This document shows positions 28,344 through 37,731 of a stretch of 64,000 nucleotides of DNA, in pieces; the first letter of the stretch is position 1; every line of letters starts with the position of its first letter. The stretch is from an uncultured Bacteroidales bacterium (GTDB taxonomy: Bacteria; Bacteroidota; Bacteroidia; Bacteroidales; FEN-979), in the NCBI GenBank assembly GCA_903959905.1, contig CAJBYO010000029.1, forward strand, positions 78,972 through 142,971. Reading direction: 5' to 3'. The translations under genes and the position numbers were made by a program. The notes under the pieces were generated by a model. That model did not search any database. It had not been told where the DNA came from and was given only the letters and a program-made list of their open reading frames with translations.

Positions 28344-29000
28344 ATGGCGCTTGATAAAAATGGAATTGCAAAACGGATTGCGCAGGAGTTGCACGACGGT
28401 TATTACGTGAACCTGGGCATCGGGATACCTACCCTGGTGGCCAATTACATCCCTGAAGGAATGCAGATTGTGCTGCAGTCGGAGAATGGCTTGCTGGGCA
28501 TCGGGCCTTTCCCGGCCAGCGAGGATGTCGACCCAGACCTGATCAATGCAGGCAAGCAGACTATTACGACGGTTCCTGGTGCGGCATTTTTTGATTCATC
28601 TGCCAGTTTTGCCATGATCCGCGGCGGGCATATCGACCTCACGGTGCTGGGAGCCTTTGAAGTATCCGATACCGGCGATATTTCTTCCTGGAAGATCCCG
28701 GGAAAGCTTGTCAAAGGCATGGGAGGCGCCATGGACCTCGTTGCTTCCGCGAAAAACATCATTGTGGCCATGATGCACACCAACCCGCAGGGAGAGTCGA
28801 AACTGCTGAAAAAATGCACCCTGCCCCTTACAGGGGTAGGCGTTGTAAAACGAATTGTGTCTGACCTTGCCGTTATTGACGTTACCCCGGATGGGTTCAA
28901 ACTGATTGAAAGGGCACCGGGCGTATCTGTTCAGGATATCATCAATGCCACAGAAGGGAAGCTGATTGTAGAGGGAGAAATTCCGGAAATTAGTGTATGA
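28344..29000 (+). CDS. scoB: 3-oxoacid CoA-transferase subunit B
   Basis: VNLGIGIPT, catalytic [12 protein letters not shown]. Confidence 0.93.
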   Translation: MALDKNGIAKRIAQELHDGYYVNLGIGIPTLVANYIPEGMQIVLQSENGLLGIGPFPASEDVDPDLINAGKQTITTVPGAAFFDSSASFAMIRGGHIDLTVLGAFEVSDTGDISSWKIPGKLVKGMGGAMDLVASAKNIIVAMMHTNPQGESKLLKKCTLPLTGVGVVKRIVSDLAVIDVTPDGFKLIERAPGVSVQDIINATEGKLIVEGEIPEISV

Positions 29001-29006
29001 TTTTTT

Positions 29007-29044
29007 GAATATTGAATATTGAACATTGATCAACGAATTTTGAA
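29007..29044 (+). repeat. Solo arm of the family D element
   Basis: GAATATTGAATATTGAACATTGATCAACGAATTTTGAA, 36/38 identical to 23655-23692. Confidence 0.9.
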
Positions 29045-29088
29045 ATCGAGCGGCTTAGCATTATACAGAAGAACAATACCTTATTTTA

Positions 29089-30246
29089 ATGTCACATTAT
29101 TTCACACTCGGCCGGATTCCCCGCAAGCGGCATGTCGTATTCCGCAAGCCTGACGGAGGCCTATATGCGGAACAACTGGTTTCAACGGAAGGGTTTTCAG
29201 ATGCCTATTCCCTTGTTTACCATTGCCATCCGCCTACCATGGTCACAAAAATAGACGCTGCTTATTCAGTGGCCCCGAAAGTAGCCGACCCGAACAACAT
29301 GCAGCACCGCCTTTTCCGCGGTTTTGACGTTGCCCCGGCAGATGATTACCTTGAAAGCCGCATCCCCGTGCTGGTCAACAGCGACTGCCATATCAGCCTG
29401 GCTGCACCCCGAAAGTCAATGACAGATTACTGGTTCAAGAACTCGGGTGCCGATGAGATGATCTTCATCCACCGGGGAGAAGGAACACTACGGACCATGT
29501 ATGGCAATATTCCGTTTTCGTACGGCGACCAGCTCGTTGTTCCCCGCGGCGTTATTTACCAGGTTGAGTTCAATTCAACCGACAACAGGCTTTTTATCGT
29601 TGAATCCTTTGCCCCGCTCAGATTTCCAAAGCGTTATATGAACAAATTCGGACAACTGCTCGAGCATGCGCCATTCTGCGAGCGTGACATCCGCAAGCCC
29701 TCGGAGTTGGAGACCCATGACGAAAAAGGAGATTTCCTGGTTAAAATCAAGCGGGATGACATGATCTGGCCATACCATTTTGCAACGCACCCTTTTGACC
29801 TGGCCGGCTGGGATGGGTATCATTACCCGTATGCCCTCTCTGTCCATGATTTTGAACCGATTACGGGCCGGCTTCATATGCCGCCGCCAATACATCAGAC
29901 CTTTGAAACACCGGCCTTTGTCATGTGTGCTTTTGTCCCGCGATTGTATGATTATCATCCCGATTCCATCCCGACCCCTTACAACCACAGCAATGTTGAC
30001 TCTGATGAAGTGCTTTATTATGTCGACGGCGACTTCATGAGCAGGAACAATATCAAACCGGGCAATATCACCCTTCATCCCATCGGGATTGTGCACGGTC
30101 CCCATCCGGGTGCGGTTGAACGCAGCCTTGGAGCAAAGGAGACCAAAGAACTCGCCCTGATGGTGGATACTTTCAGGCCGTTGAAGATCACGGAACAGGC
30201 GTTTGGGATTGAGGAGCCGGAGTATTACAGGTCGTGGCTGGGGTAG
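29089..30246 (+). CDS. hmgA: Homogentisate 1,2-dioxygenase
   Basis: HPFD..GWDG, H.PPP.HQTF, PYNHSNVDSDE and HGPHPG motifs; operon context. Confidence 0.92.
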   Translation: MSHYFTLGRIPRKRHVVFRKPDGGLYAEQLVSTEGFSDAYSLVYHCHPPTMVTKIDAAYSVAPKVADPNNMQHRLFRGFDVAPADDYLESRIPVLVNSDCHISLAAPRKSMTDYWFKNSGADEMIFIHRGEGTLRTMYGNIPFSYGDQLVVPRGVIYQVEFNSTDNRLFIVESFAPLRFPKRYMNKFGQLLEHAPFCERDIRKPSELETHDEKGDFLVKIKRDDMIWPYHFATHPFDLAGWDGYHYPYALSVHDFEPITGRLHMPPPIHQTFETPAFVMCAFVPRLYDYHPDSIPTPYNHSNVDSDEVLYYVDGDFMSRNNIKPGNITLHPIGIVHGPHPGAVERSLGAKETKELALMVDTFRPLKITEQAFGIEEPEYYRSWLG

Positions 30247-30247
30247 A

Positions 30248-30337
30248 GGAATGCTGGGAATGCAGACAATGCAAAGAATGCAAACAATGCAGAAAATGCA
30301 AGCAATGTAAGCAATGCAGGGAATGCAAACAATTAAG
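30248..30337 (+). repeat. 9-nt tandem array (NNAATGCAR), about 10 units
   Basis: ggaatgctg ggaatgcag acaatgcaa agaatgcaa acaatgcag aaaatgcaa gcaatgtaa gcaatgcag ggaatgcaa. Confidence 0.9.
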
Positions 30338-30385
30338 GGTATGAATTTTAAGGTGTTTAATTGACAAATTTTCAAATTACAGAGT

Positions 30386-31486
30386 ATGACTTCGCAGGAT
30401 GATTTTTTACCGATCAATGGAACAGATTACGTTGAGTTTTATGTGGGCAATGCCAGGCAGGCTGCCCATTATTATCAAACCGCTTTCGGGTTTCAGCCAC
30501 TGGCCTATGCCGGGCTTGAAACCGGTCTGAAGGACCGCACATCGTATGTGCTTCGCCAGGACAAGATCACGTTTGTGCTCACTACATCGCTAATACCTGA
30601 TTCACCCATCGCAGCGCATTGCAAACTACACGGTGACGGCGTTAAAGTAGTTGCCCTGTGGGTTGATGACGCCCGCAGATCCTTTGAGGAGACGACAAAG
30701 CGCGGCGCAAAGGCATATCTTCAGCCCATTACGGAAACAGATGACAATGGTTCAGTGGTATTGTCGGGGATACATACTTACGGAGAAACCGTTCATATAT
30801 TTGTTGAGCGCAAAAACTATAAAGGTATTTTCCTTCCCGGCTTTATAAAATGGGAGCCATTTTATCGTCCGGAAAATGTCGGTTTGCATTATGTTGACCA
30901 CATGGTTGGCAATGTTGACTGGGGCGAGATGAACCAGTGGGCAACCTTTTATCATGATGTGATGGGGTTCAACCAGCTGATATCCTTTGATGACAAAGAC
31001 ATTTCAACCGAATACACCGCGCTGATGAGCAAGGTGATGGCCAGCAGCAACCTTTACATCAAGTTTCCGCTCAATGAGCCGGCCCACGGGAAAAAGAAGT
31101 CGCAGATTGAAGAGTATATTGATTTCTACAAGGGAGGCGGGGTGCAGCATGTCGCCCTGGCAACCCACAACATCCTTGAAACCGTTTCTGCCCTGAAAAG
31201 CCGCGGTGTTGAATTTCTAACCGTCCCGGACGCCTATTATGATTCCCTGCTCCAGCGTGTCGGCAATATTGATGAACTGATTGAACCACTTCGTGAACTG
31301 GGCATATTGGTTGATCGTGATGAGGATGGGTACCTGCTCCAGATCTTCACCAAACCGGTTGAGGATCGTCCGACGGTATTTTATGAGATCATCCAGCGAA
31401 AAGGGGCGAAATCGTTCGGCAAGGGAAACTTTAAGGCGTTGTTTGAATCGATTGAGTTGGAGCAGGGGAGAAGGGGAACCCTGTAG
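30386..31486 (+). CDS. hppD: 4-hydroxyphenylpyruvate dioxygenase
   Basis: HGDGV, DHMVGNV, GVQHVA, LLQIFT and EIIQR.G..SFG.GNF motifs. Confidence 0.95.
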   Translation: MTSQDDFLPINGTDYVEFYVGNARQAAHYYQTAFGFQPLAYAGLETGLKDRTSYVLRQDKITFVLTTSLIPDSPIAAHCKLHGDGVKVVALWVDDARRSFEETTKRGAKAYLQPITETDDNGSVVLSGIHTYGETVHIFVERKNYKGIFLPGFIKWEPFYRPENVGLHYVDHMVGNVDWGEMNQWATFYHDVMGFNQLISFDDKDISTEYTALMSKVMASSNLYIKFPLNEPAHGKKKSQIEEYIDFYKGGGVQHVALATHNILETVSALKSRGVEFLTVPDAYYDSLLQRVGNIDELIEPLRELGILVDRDEDGYLLQIFTKPVEDRPTVFYEIIQRKGAKSFGKGNFKALFESIELEQGRRGTL

Positions 31487-31520
31487 AATGACGAGTGACG
31501 AATTACGAATTACGAATTGG
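31486..31520 (+). repeat. Short heptamer array (GAATKAC-like) x5
   Basis: gaatgac gagtgac gaattac gaattac gaattgg. Confidence 0.75.
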
Positions 31521-31551
31521 GTGCTAATATGGCTTTTGGTAAGTAAAATAA

Positions 31552-32829
31552 ATGATGAAAAAGGTGATTGGGGCAGATAGGGGTTCGTGGATCAGGGTTG
31601 AGCGGGAGAGTGATTTTCCGGTTCAGAATGTTCCTTTTGGGATTTTCTCATCGGAGGGTAGGAGTGCGAGGGCTGCAACAAGGATCGGGGATACGGTTAT
31701 TGACCTGCATGCGCTGGCGATGGCCGGTCTGCTTGACGGGTTGGGGATTAATCCATCTGTTTTTTCACATGATACACTGAATCCACTGATCGGGCTTGGT
31801 AAAGCTTTGTGCCGCGAACTGCGCTGCCGCATTGCTGAAATCTTTGATCAGGATAACCCTGTGCTGCGTGACCTGCCCGGTAAACATGCCGGAATTCTGT
31901 TCCCCGTGAGGGAGGTTAAGATGCTGATGCCGGTACAGGTGGGCGACTACACCGATTTCTATTCAAGCATCGAGCATGCAACCAATGTGGGTATCATGTT
32001 CCGTGATCCTGCCAATGCCCTGCTGCCCAACTGGAAGCACCTCCCGGTAGGTTACCATGGTCGCAGTTCGTCCATTGTGGTATCGGGAACTGACATTCAC
32101 CGGCCAAAGGGACAAACAAAGGCCGATACGGCTGAATTTCCTGAGTTTGGCCCGTCGCGCCAGGTTGATTTTGAACTGGAAATGGCATTTATCACCTGCA
32201 GGAAGACCGACCTCGGGCAATCTGTTTCAACCGCAGAGGCAGAGGATCATATCTTTGGCATGGTGATATTCAATGACCTGTCAGCCCGCGACATTCAGAA
32301 GTGGGAGTATGTACCGCTGGGACCGTTCCTAGCCAAGAATTTCGGATCGGTGATCTCCCCGTGGATTGTCACACTGGATGCCCTTGAACCCTTTCGGATG
32401 CCTGGACCACCCCAGGATCCGCCGGTGCTTCCTTACCTTCAGTTTGAAGGGGATCATAATTTTGATATCCGGCTTGATGTGTTTATCCAGCCAGATGGAC
32501 AGCCCGAACAGCGCGTTTGCCATTCCAATTACAAATACATGTACTGGAACCTTGTCCAGCAACTTGCCCATCAGACTGTGAACGGATGCAACATCAATCC
32601 GGGCGATATGTACGGCTCGGGTACCATCAGCGGACCGACACCTGATTCATTTGGTTCCATGCTGGAGATCGCCTGGAAAGGAACCAGACCGGTGAAAATG
32701 GCGGATGGCACCGAACGGAAATTTATCAATGACAATGACAGTATTATCATGCGGGGTTATTGTATCAAAGAGGGGTTGAGGATCGGCTTCGGGGAGGTGA
32801 GGACGAGGATTTTGAAGGAAAGGGAGTGA
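31552..32829 (+). CDS. fahA: Fumarylacetoacetase
   Basis: FPVQNVPFG, DYTDFYSS.EHATNVG, YHGRSSS, DFELE and GSGTISG motifs. Confidence 0.95.
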   Translation: MMKKVIGADRGSWIRVERESDFPVQNVPFGIFSSEGRSARAATRIGDTVIDLHALAMAGLLDGLGINPSVFSHDTLNPLIGLGKALCRELRCRIAEIFDQDNPVLRDLPGKHAGILFPVREVKMLMPVQVGDYTDFYSSIEHATNVGIMFRDPANALLPNWKHLPVGYHGRSSSIVVSGTDIHRPKGQTKADTAEFPEFGPSRQVDFELEMAFITCRKTDLGQSVSTAEAEDHIFGMVIFNDLSARDIQKWEYVPLGPFLAKNFGSVISPWIVTLDALEPFRMPGPPQDPPVLPYLQFEGDHNFDIRLDVFIQPDGQPEQRVCHSNYKYMYWNLVQQLAHQTVNGCNINPGDMYGSGTISGPTPDSFGSMLEIAWKGTRPVKMADGTERKFINDNDSIIMRGYCIKEGLRIGFGEVRTRILKERE

Positions 32830-32833
32830 GTGC

Positions 32834-32868
32834 TAATGACAATTGACAAATGACAAATGACCAATTGA
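32834..32868 (+). repeat. Short heptamer array (AAATGAC-like) x5
   Basis: taatgac aattgac aaatgac aaatgac caattga. Confidence 0.75.
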
Positions 32869-32876
32869 AGTCGGTG

Positions 32877-33518
32877 ATGAAAATTGATGATCTTGAATAT
32901 CTGCATTTTGATCCGAAGGATACATCGGTTCCCAGGTTTCATCATCTGATGCTGGGAGCGATTGCGCCGAGGCCGATAGCGCTGGCCAGTACCATTGACG
33001 CAGAGGGCAGGCCTAATCTTTCGCCGTTCAGCTTCTTCAATGCGTTTGGCGCCAATCCGCCGGTCATCGTTTTTTCCCCTTCACGCCGCGGGAAAGACAA
33101 CACGACCAAGCATACGTATGATAATATCAAGGAGGTCCCTGAAGTTGTTATCAACGCTGTGACCTATGAAATGGTTAAGAAAGTCAGCGATTCCAGTGCC
33201 GATTTCCCGAAAGGCGTGAATGAGTTTGACATGGTTGGGTTTACCATGGTTCCATCCGACCTGGTGAAGCCTTTCCGGGTGAAGGAATCGCCCGTTCAGT
33301 TCGAGTGCAAAGTGCTCCAGGTTATCGAGACAGGCTATGGGCACGGTGCAGGAAACCTGGTGATATGTGAGATCCTGAGGATCCACATTAACCCGGAAGT
33401 CATGGATGAAAACGGAAAAATAGATCAACAAAAAATAGACCTCGTGGGGCGGCTTGGCGGAGAGTATTATGTGCGGGCCTCCGGGCCAGCGCTTTTTGAG
33501 CTAGCCAAGCCGGTGTAG
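32877..33518 (+). CDS. Flavin reductase-like (DIM6/NTAB family) protein
   Basis: APRPIA, NLSPFSFFN, PFRVKESPVQFEC and VGRLGG..Y motifs; start reset past the repeat. Confidence 0.88.
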   Translation: MKIDDLEYLHFDPKDTSVPRFHHLMLGAIAPRPIALASTIDAEGRPNLSPFSFFNAFGANPPVIVFSPSRRGKDNTTKHTYDNIKEVPEVVINAVTYEMVKKVSDSSADFPKGVNEFDMVGFTMVPSDLVKPFRVKESPVQFECKVLQVIETGYGHGAGNLVICEILRIHINPEVMDENGKIDQQKIDLVGRLGGEYYVRASGPALFELAKPV

Positions 33519-33622
33519 GGACACACCATGGTGTGTCCCTGCCATGGTGTATCCCTGCCAGGGTGCATCTGGATTGCCTAGTCCCGGTATGACAGTAAAG
33601 ACGCACCGCGGTGCGTCTCCAC
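33515..33622. repeat. Pair of GTAG-type REP-like palindromes
   Basis: GTAGGGACACACCATGGTGTGTCCCTGC (33515-33542) and GTAAAGACGCACCGCGGTGCGTCTCCAC (33595-33622). Confidence 0.8.
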
Positions 33623-33637
33623 AGCAAAGAAAATAAC

Positions 33638-35368
33638 ATGGAAGCAAACCCTATCCTCAATAACCTCCCCAGGCATCTGATGAGCCTGGTCATAGATCAG
33701 CAGTACAACGACTACACCGCGCAGGATCATGCGTTGTGGCGGTATGTGATGCGCCAGAATGTGCGTTACCTGGGAAAGGTTGCCCATAAGGCGTATCTTG
33801 AAGGGCTGCGAAAAACAGGTATCAGCATAGAATCCATCCCCAACATGGACGGGATGAACCGTATCCTGCAGGAGATCGGTTGGGCAGCTGTTGCCGTTGA
33901 TGGTTTTGTGCCCCCTTCGGCCTTTATGGCTTTCCAGGCTTACAATGTTCTTGTGATCGCTGCAGATATAAGGCCCATTGACCAGATTGGTTACACCCCG
34001 GCCCCTGATATCATCCATGAAGCGGCGGGGCATGCACCCATCATCGCCGACCCTGAATATGCTGCATTTCTCCGGCGTTTCGGAGAAATCGGGGCAAAGG
34101 CCTTCCTTTCACCCCAGGATTATGCCTTGTATGAAGCGATACGCCATCTTTCCATCATCAAGGCCGACCCATACTCTGCCATTGATGTCATCGGGGAGGC
34201 AGAGAAGCAACTGGCAGAGATTTCCCGCAACATGGGAGATCCGTCGGAGCTGGCACTTATCCGTAACCTGCACTGGTGGACAGTTGAGTATGGGCTGATC
34301 GGCGACCTGGATGACCCGAAGATCTACGGGGCGGGACTGCTTTCATCCATTGCTGAAAGTTACCTTTGCCTTCAGCCGGCAGTAAAGAAGATTCCGCTAT
34401 CCATTGATGCGGCAAATTACAATTATGATATTACTGAGCCACAACCACAGTTGTTTGTGGCAGCCGATTTTGAGTCGCTCAACCGGGTATTGGATGAATT
34501 TGCCGAAACACTGGCTGTCAACCGGGGTGGATCATACGGACTGAAACAGGCATTGCGCTCAGGAAATACAGCCACTGCTGTTTACAGTTCAGGTTTGCAG
34601 GTTTCCGGCACATTTACACAGGTGCTTGAAAGAAACGGCGAGCCGGTTTACCTGAAAACCACAGGACCATCAAACCTGTGTTTTGAAAACAAAGAGTTGC
34701 CCGGGCACGACATTCAGTATCATGGCCATGGTTTCGGGTCACCGGTTGGCCGGGTCAGGAACCTTTCTGTCTCCCTTGAAGACTTCTCGGAAGAGGAACT
34801 GGATCAGATCGGGCTGACGGAGGGTGAGCCTGTAAACCTTGAATTTGAATCCGGTGTAACGGTGGCAGGAACGGTGATCAGCAAGACCATCTGCGACGGG
34901 CACCTTGTTATTATAAGCCTTTCGGACTGCACCGTAAGTTATGAAGGTAATACACTATTTGAGCCTGCATGGGGAACGTTCGACATGGCTGTCGGGAAAA
35001 AGATCAACTCTGTTTTTTCCGGCCCTGCCGATCCAGGTGCCTTTGGTTTAACTTACCCCGCACCTTTAGAGAAAACCCACAAGATTCTTCATGATGAGAA
35101 AGCCATGAAGTTACATGCGCTGTATCAGCAGGTGCGCGACATCCGTGAGCAAAACTGTTCGTTTGCACTACTTCCGTCGCTATGGCAGGAACTGCACCGC
35201 GATCACCCTGAGGACTGGCTTTGCGCACTTGAAGTGCTGGAATTGCTGAAAGCAAAAAAGATAGAAGATGATTTTACAGGGGAAGTCACAGCGTTGCTTG
35301 AATCCATGAAGTCAAAAGGTGCCGTGATGTCGAAACTGATTGACGACGGCTTTGCCATGCTCACTTAG
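33638..35368 (+). CDS. phhA: Aromatic amino acid (phenylalanine-4-) hydroxylase, long form
   Basis: YTPAPDIIHEAAGH, WWTVEYGL and YGAGLLSS iron/pterin motifs plus a ~280-aa C-terminal extension. Confidence 0.88.
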   Translation: MEANPILNNLPRHLMSLVIDQQYNDYTAQDHALWRYVMRQNVRYLGKVAHKAYLEGLRKTGISIESIPNMDGMNRILQEIGWAAVAVDGFVPPSAFMAFQAYNVLVIAADIRPIDQIGYTPAPDIIHEAAGHAPIIADPEYAAFLRRFGEIGAKAFLSPQDYALYEAIRHLSIIKADPYSAIDVIGEAEKQLAEISRNMGDPSELALIRNLHWWTVEYGLIGDLDDPKIYGAGLLSSIAESYLCLQPAVKKIPLSIDAANYNYDITEPQPQLFVAADFESLNRVLDEFAETLAVNRGGSYGLKQALRSGNTATAVYSSGLQVSGTFTQVLERNGEPVYLKTTGPSNLCFENKELPGHDIQYHGHGFGSPVGRVRNLSVSLEDFSEEELDQIGLTEGEPVNLEFESGVTVAGTVISKTICDGHLVIISLSDCTVSYEGNTLFEPAWGTFDMAVGKKINSVFSGPADPGAFGLTYPAPLEKTHKILHDEKAMKLHALYQQVRDIREQNCSFALLPSLWQELHRDHPEDWLCALEVLELLKAKKIEDDFTGEVTALLESMKSKGAVMSKLIDDGFAMLT

Positions 35369-35990
35369 ACCTCTTGTTGAATTTTACGATTCCCCTGATC
35401 AGGATGGTCATGGTGACCAGTGTGATCCCCAGTACTATATACTCAATGTTATCAATGGAAGCAGGAATCTTTTTGCCAACAAAGTAGCCAAGCGGAATCA
35501 GCGTTCCCGACCAGAGAAAGGCCCCGGCAATATTGTACATGTTGAATTTCCAGATGTTGATCCCGATGGTGCCGGCGAGAATGGGTACAAAGGTGCGAAT
35601 AACCGGTAAAAACCTTCCGCCGATCAGCGCGATGCCTCCGTATTTTTCATAGTATTCCCGTGAAGTTTCAAAGTGCCGCTGCTTGAAGAAGAACGTGTCT
35701 TTTTTTAGGAGCAGCCTTTTTCCAAAGATCTTGCCGGTGTAATAGCCGGTTATATTTCCTGCAATGGCGGCCAGGGCTACGGCAGGGACAAGCAGCCATA
35801 TGTTAACAGCAAGGTCGGTGCCGCAAAGAAGCCCTGCTGTAAACAGCAGTGCATCTCCGGGGAAGATGAAACCGATGATCAGCCCTGTTTCGGCAAAAAT
35901 CACAATTAACAGGAGTACCAGTCCGCCGTAATGGATGAGCTTCTCTGAATTGAGCAGGATTTCAAAAAATTCCCTGAGATTTTCCATCAA
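35361..35990 (-). CDS. DedA/VTT family membrane protein
   Basis: FAETGL..GF.FPGDALLF and GRFLPVIRTFVP motifs. Confidence 0.92.
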   Translation of the reverse strand: MMENLREFFEILLNSEKLIHYGGLVLLLIVIFAETGLIIGFIFPGDALLFTAGLLCGTDLAVNIWLLVPAVALAAIAGNITGYYTGKIFGKRLLLKKDTFFFKQRHFETSREYYEKYGGIALIGGRFLPVIRTFVPILAGTIGINIWKFNMYNIAGAFLWSGTLIPLGYFVGKKIPASIDNIEYIVLGITLVTMTILIRGIVKFNKRSK

Positions 35991-35997
35991 AATGAGC

Positions 35998-36219
35998 TCA
36001 CGGTTTGGTGATCTCTGTGAAAATCTTCATGATCTCTGACTTGTACCTTTCCGGAGCTTCCACATATCCCCAGCCAAATTCCATCTCCATGATTCCACCG
36101 AGAGCGGTGTCATCCGAAGTAACTATTCCGTGGGGGATTTTACGGTCGGTGAGCACTTCTTCAAGCATGCCTGCTTCAAACTCATTGTTTAAAACAAGGA
36201 TTTTTTCGTACGATTCCAT
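35998..36219 (-). CDS. Small DUF2007-like protein (73 aa)
   Basis: MESYEKILVLNNEFEAGMLEEVL...IPH; the upstream extension in the ORF track is translated repeat. Confidence 0.7.
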   Translation of the reverse strand: MESYEKILVLNNEFEAGMLEEVLTDRKIPHGIVTSDDTALGGIMEMEFGWGYVEAPERYKSEIMKIFTEITKP

Positions 36220-36285
36220 AGCAGGTATTTTTTCACTAAGATACGATAATTTTGGTGGAAAGCGGAGGTGTAGGAGGAAATTATC

Positions 36286-36466
36286 GTGATGGGTGACGGG
36301 TGACGGGTGACGGGTGACGGGTGACGGGTGACGCGTGACAGGTGACGGGTGACGGGTGACAGGTGACGGGTGACAGGTGACGCGTGACAGGTGACAGGTG
36401 ACGGGTGACAGGTGACGGGTGACGGGTGACGGGTGCGCGTGATAAATTACAAGTGACAAGTGACAG
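36286..36466 (+). repeat. (GTGACRS)x21 heptamer array plus degenerate tail
   Basis: gtgacgg/gtgacag/gtgacgc units over 36286-36432. Confidence 0.97.
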
Positions 36467-36467
36467 A

Positions 36468-37073
36468 TTAGGATTTCACAGTTTTCTGGAAGGGGTTCAT
36501 GATGGAAAAGATGGATTTGTTTTTCCTGTCAAAGTACCCGCCGCTGACCACTTTTACCTCGTCAATCGTGTAAAAGGCAGTAGGGTTGTGCTGTTTTATG
36601 ATCCCGATAACATAGGGTGCCTCCTTCCGGCGGATGGTTGTAAACAGCATTTTTGTGGGCCCCTGCATGCCGTCAACCGGCACCACTGTTACCCCGAAAT
36701 TCTCGGCACGAAGGTGCTTGATGAGTTCGGTGGTGTCCAATCTGGGTATGACGCGGATCACGACGGTGCCGATGGAGAGTTTCTCCTCAAGCAGTATCCC
36801 GAAATAATTTCCAGCAGCATATCCCCCGGCAAATGCCACATAGCAGTAAATATTGTCAAGGTGTTTCATGATCTGCCCGATAGCCACCAACCATATGAAG
36901 GATTCAAAAAAGGCAAAAAACGGGGCCAGCCGCTTAAGGCCTTTTGCAGCGAATATCAGCCGAAGCGTACCGATTGACTGGTCAATGATGCGAAAGAAGA
37001 AAATTAACAACGGAAGGACAATGTACATGAAAGTATCATTGTCGAAGAAGCGGGAGAAATAGTCGAGGTTCAT
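36468..37073 (-). CDS. UPF0316/DUF2179-family membrane protein
   Basis: RIIDQSIGTLR, FFESFIW, FAGGYAAGNYFG, FGVT and PTAFY motifs. Confidence 0.85.
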   Translation of the reverse strand: MNLDYFSRFFDNDTFMYIVLPLLIFFFRIIDQSIGTLRLIFAAKGLKRLAPFFAFFESFIWLVAIGQIMKHLDNIYCYVAFAGGYAAGNYFGILLEEKLSIGTVVIRVIPRLDTTELIKHLRAENFGVTVVPVDGMQGPTKMLFTTIRRKEAPYVIGIIKQHNPTAFYTIDEVKVVSGGYFDRKNKSIFSIMNPFQKTVKS

Positions 37074-37079
37074 GAGAAT

Positions 37080-37159
37080 GATGTGGTGATGGGCTGATGG
37101 GCTAATGGGATGATGTGGTGATATGATGATTTGCTGATTTGCTGATGTGGTGATGTGCA
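37080..37159 (+). repeat. 8-nt tandem array (GATNNGNT-like) x10
   Basis: gatgtggt gatgggct gatgggct aatgggat gatgtggt gatatgat gatttgct gatttgct gatgtggt gatgtgca. Confidence 0.85.
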
Positions 37160-37272
37160 AATGATGATGGATTTATCAACGGCTGTATAGAACCTGGCGT
37201 GGGCTTAAGCAGCGCTGACTTTGCACTTTACACTTTGCCATTTTGCCATTTGCACTTCCTGTCACACTCGCA

Positions 37273-37539
37273 TCAGGAACGATGACCGGAATTGGAGCGG
37301 GGCGTGACCATAGAACGGGTTAACCTGGCCAGTCCCGACCACGCTGCATAAACAAGGGTAAAGATCACCGTGCCGGTAATAAGTCCCGGATGGGTGGCAA
37401 ATCCCCTGGCTGCCATGTCGGAAAGCAGGTTGAACATGCCGGTAAACGCGTGGAGGATAGGGGTGAAAATTTGAGGAAAGGCGCTTAGAATGACCTGGAA
37501 AATGTCAAAAGATGCAAGGATGTGGTTAAGGGTTTCCAT
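37273..37539 (-). CDS. Small hypothetical membrane protein (88 aa)
   Basis: METLNHILASF...; hydrophobic segments. Confidence 0.5.
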   Translation of the reverse strand: METLNHILASFDIFQVILSAFPQIFTPILHAFTGMFNLLSDMAARGFATHPGLITGTVIFTLVYAAWSGLARLTRSMVTPRSNSGHRS

Positions 37540-37731
37540 GGGTTGAATATTTAAGCCAAAATTAACTGCGAAAGGGGGGCTTGGGAATATAATATCGTTG
37601 AATCCATGAAAAAGGGGGGGTGAATGGCGGTGGAAAGATGGTGGATGCCATACTGACAATTCCTTAAGATCTGAACAGGTGAATGAAGGAATACAATTAT
37701 CTTTGCTGTGCAATGAATTGAACATACATCT

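Noticed and set aside
36286-36466. Possible CRISPR array in the long repeat tracts
   Set aside because: The units are 7-9 nt tandem repeats with no unique spacers, and there are no cas genes in the window
35998-37160. ORF-track N-terminal extensions (HPSPVTR.. and MHITTSANQQ..HHPIS)
   Set aside because: These are translations of intergenic arrays; better starts are at 36219 and 37073
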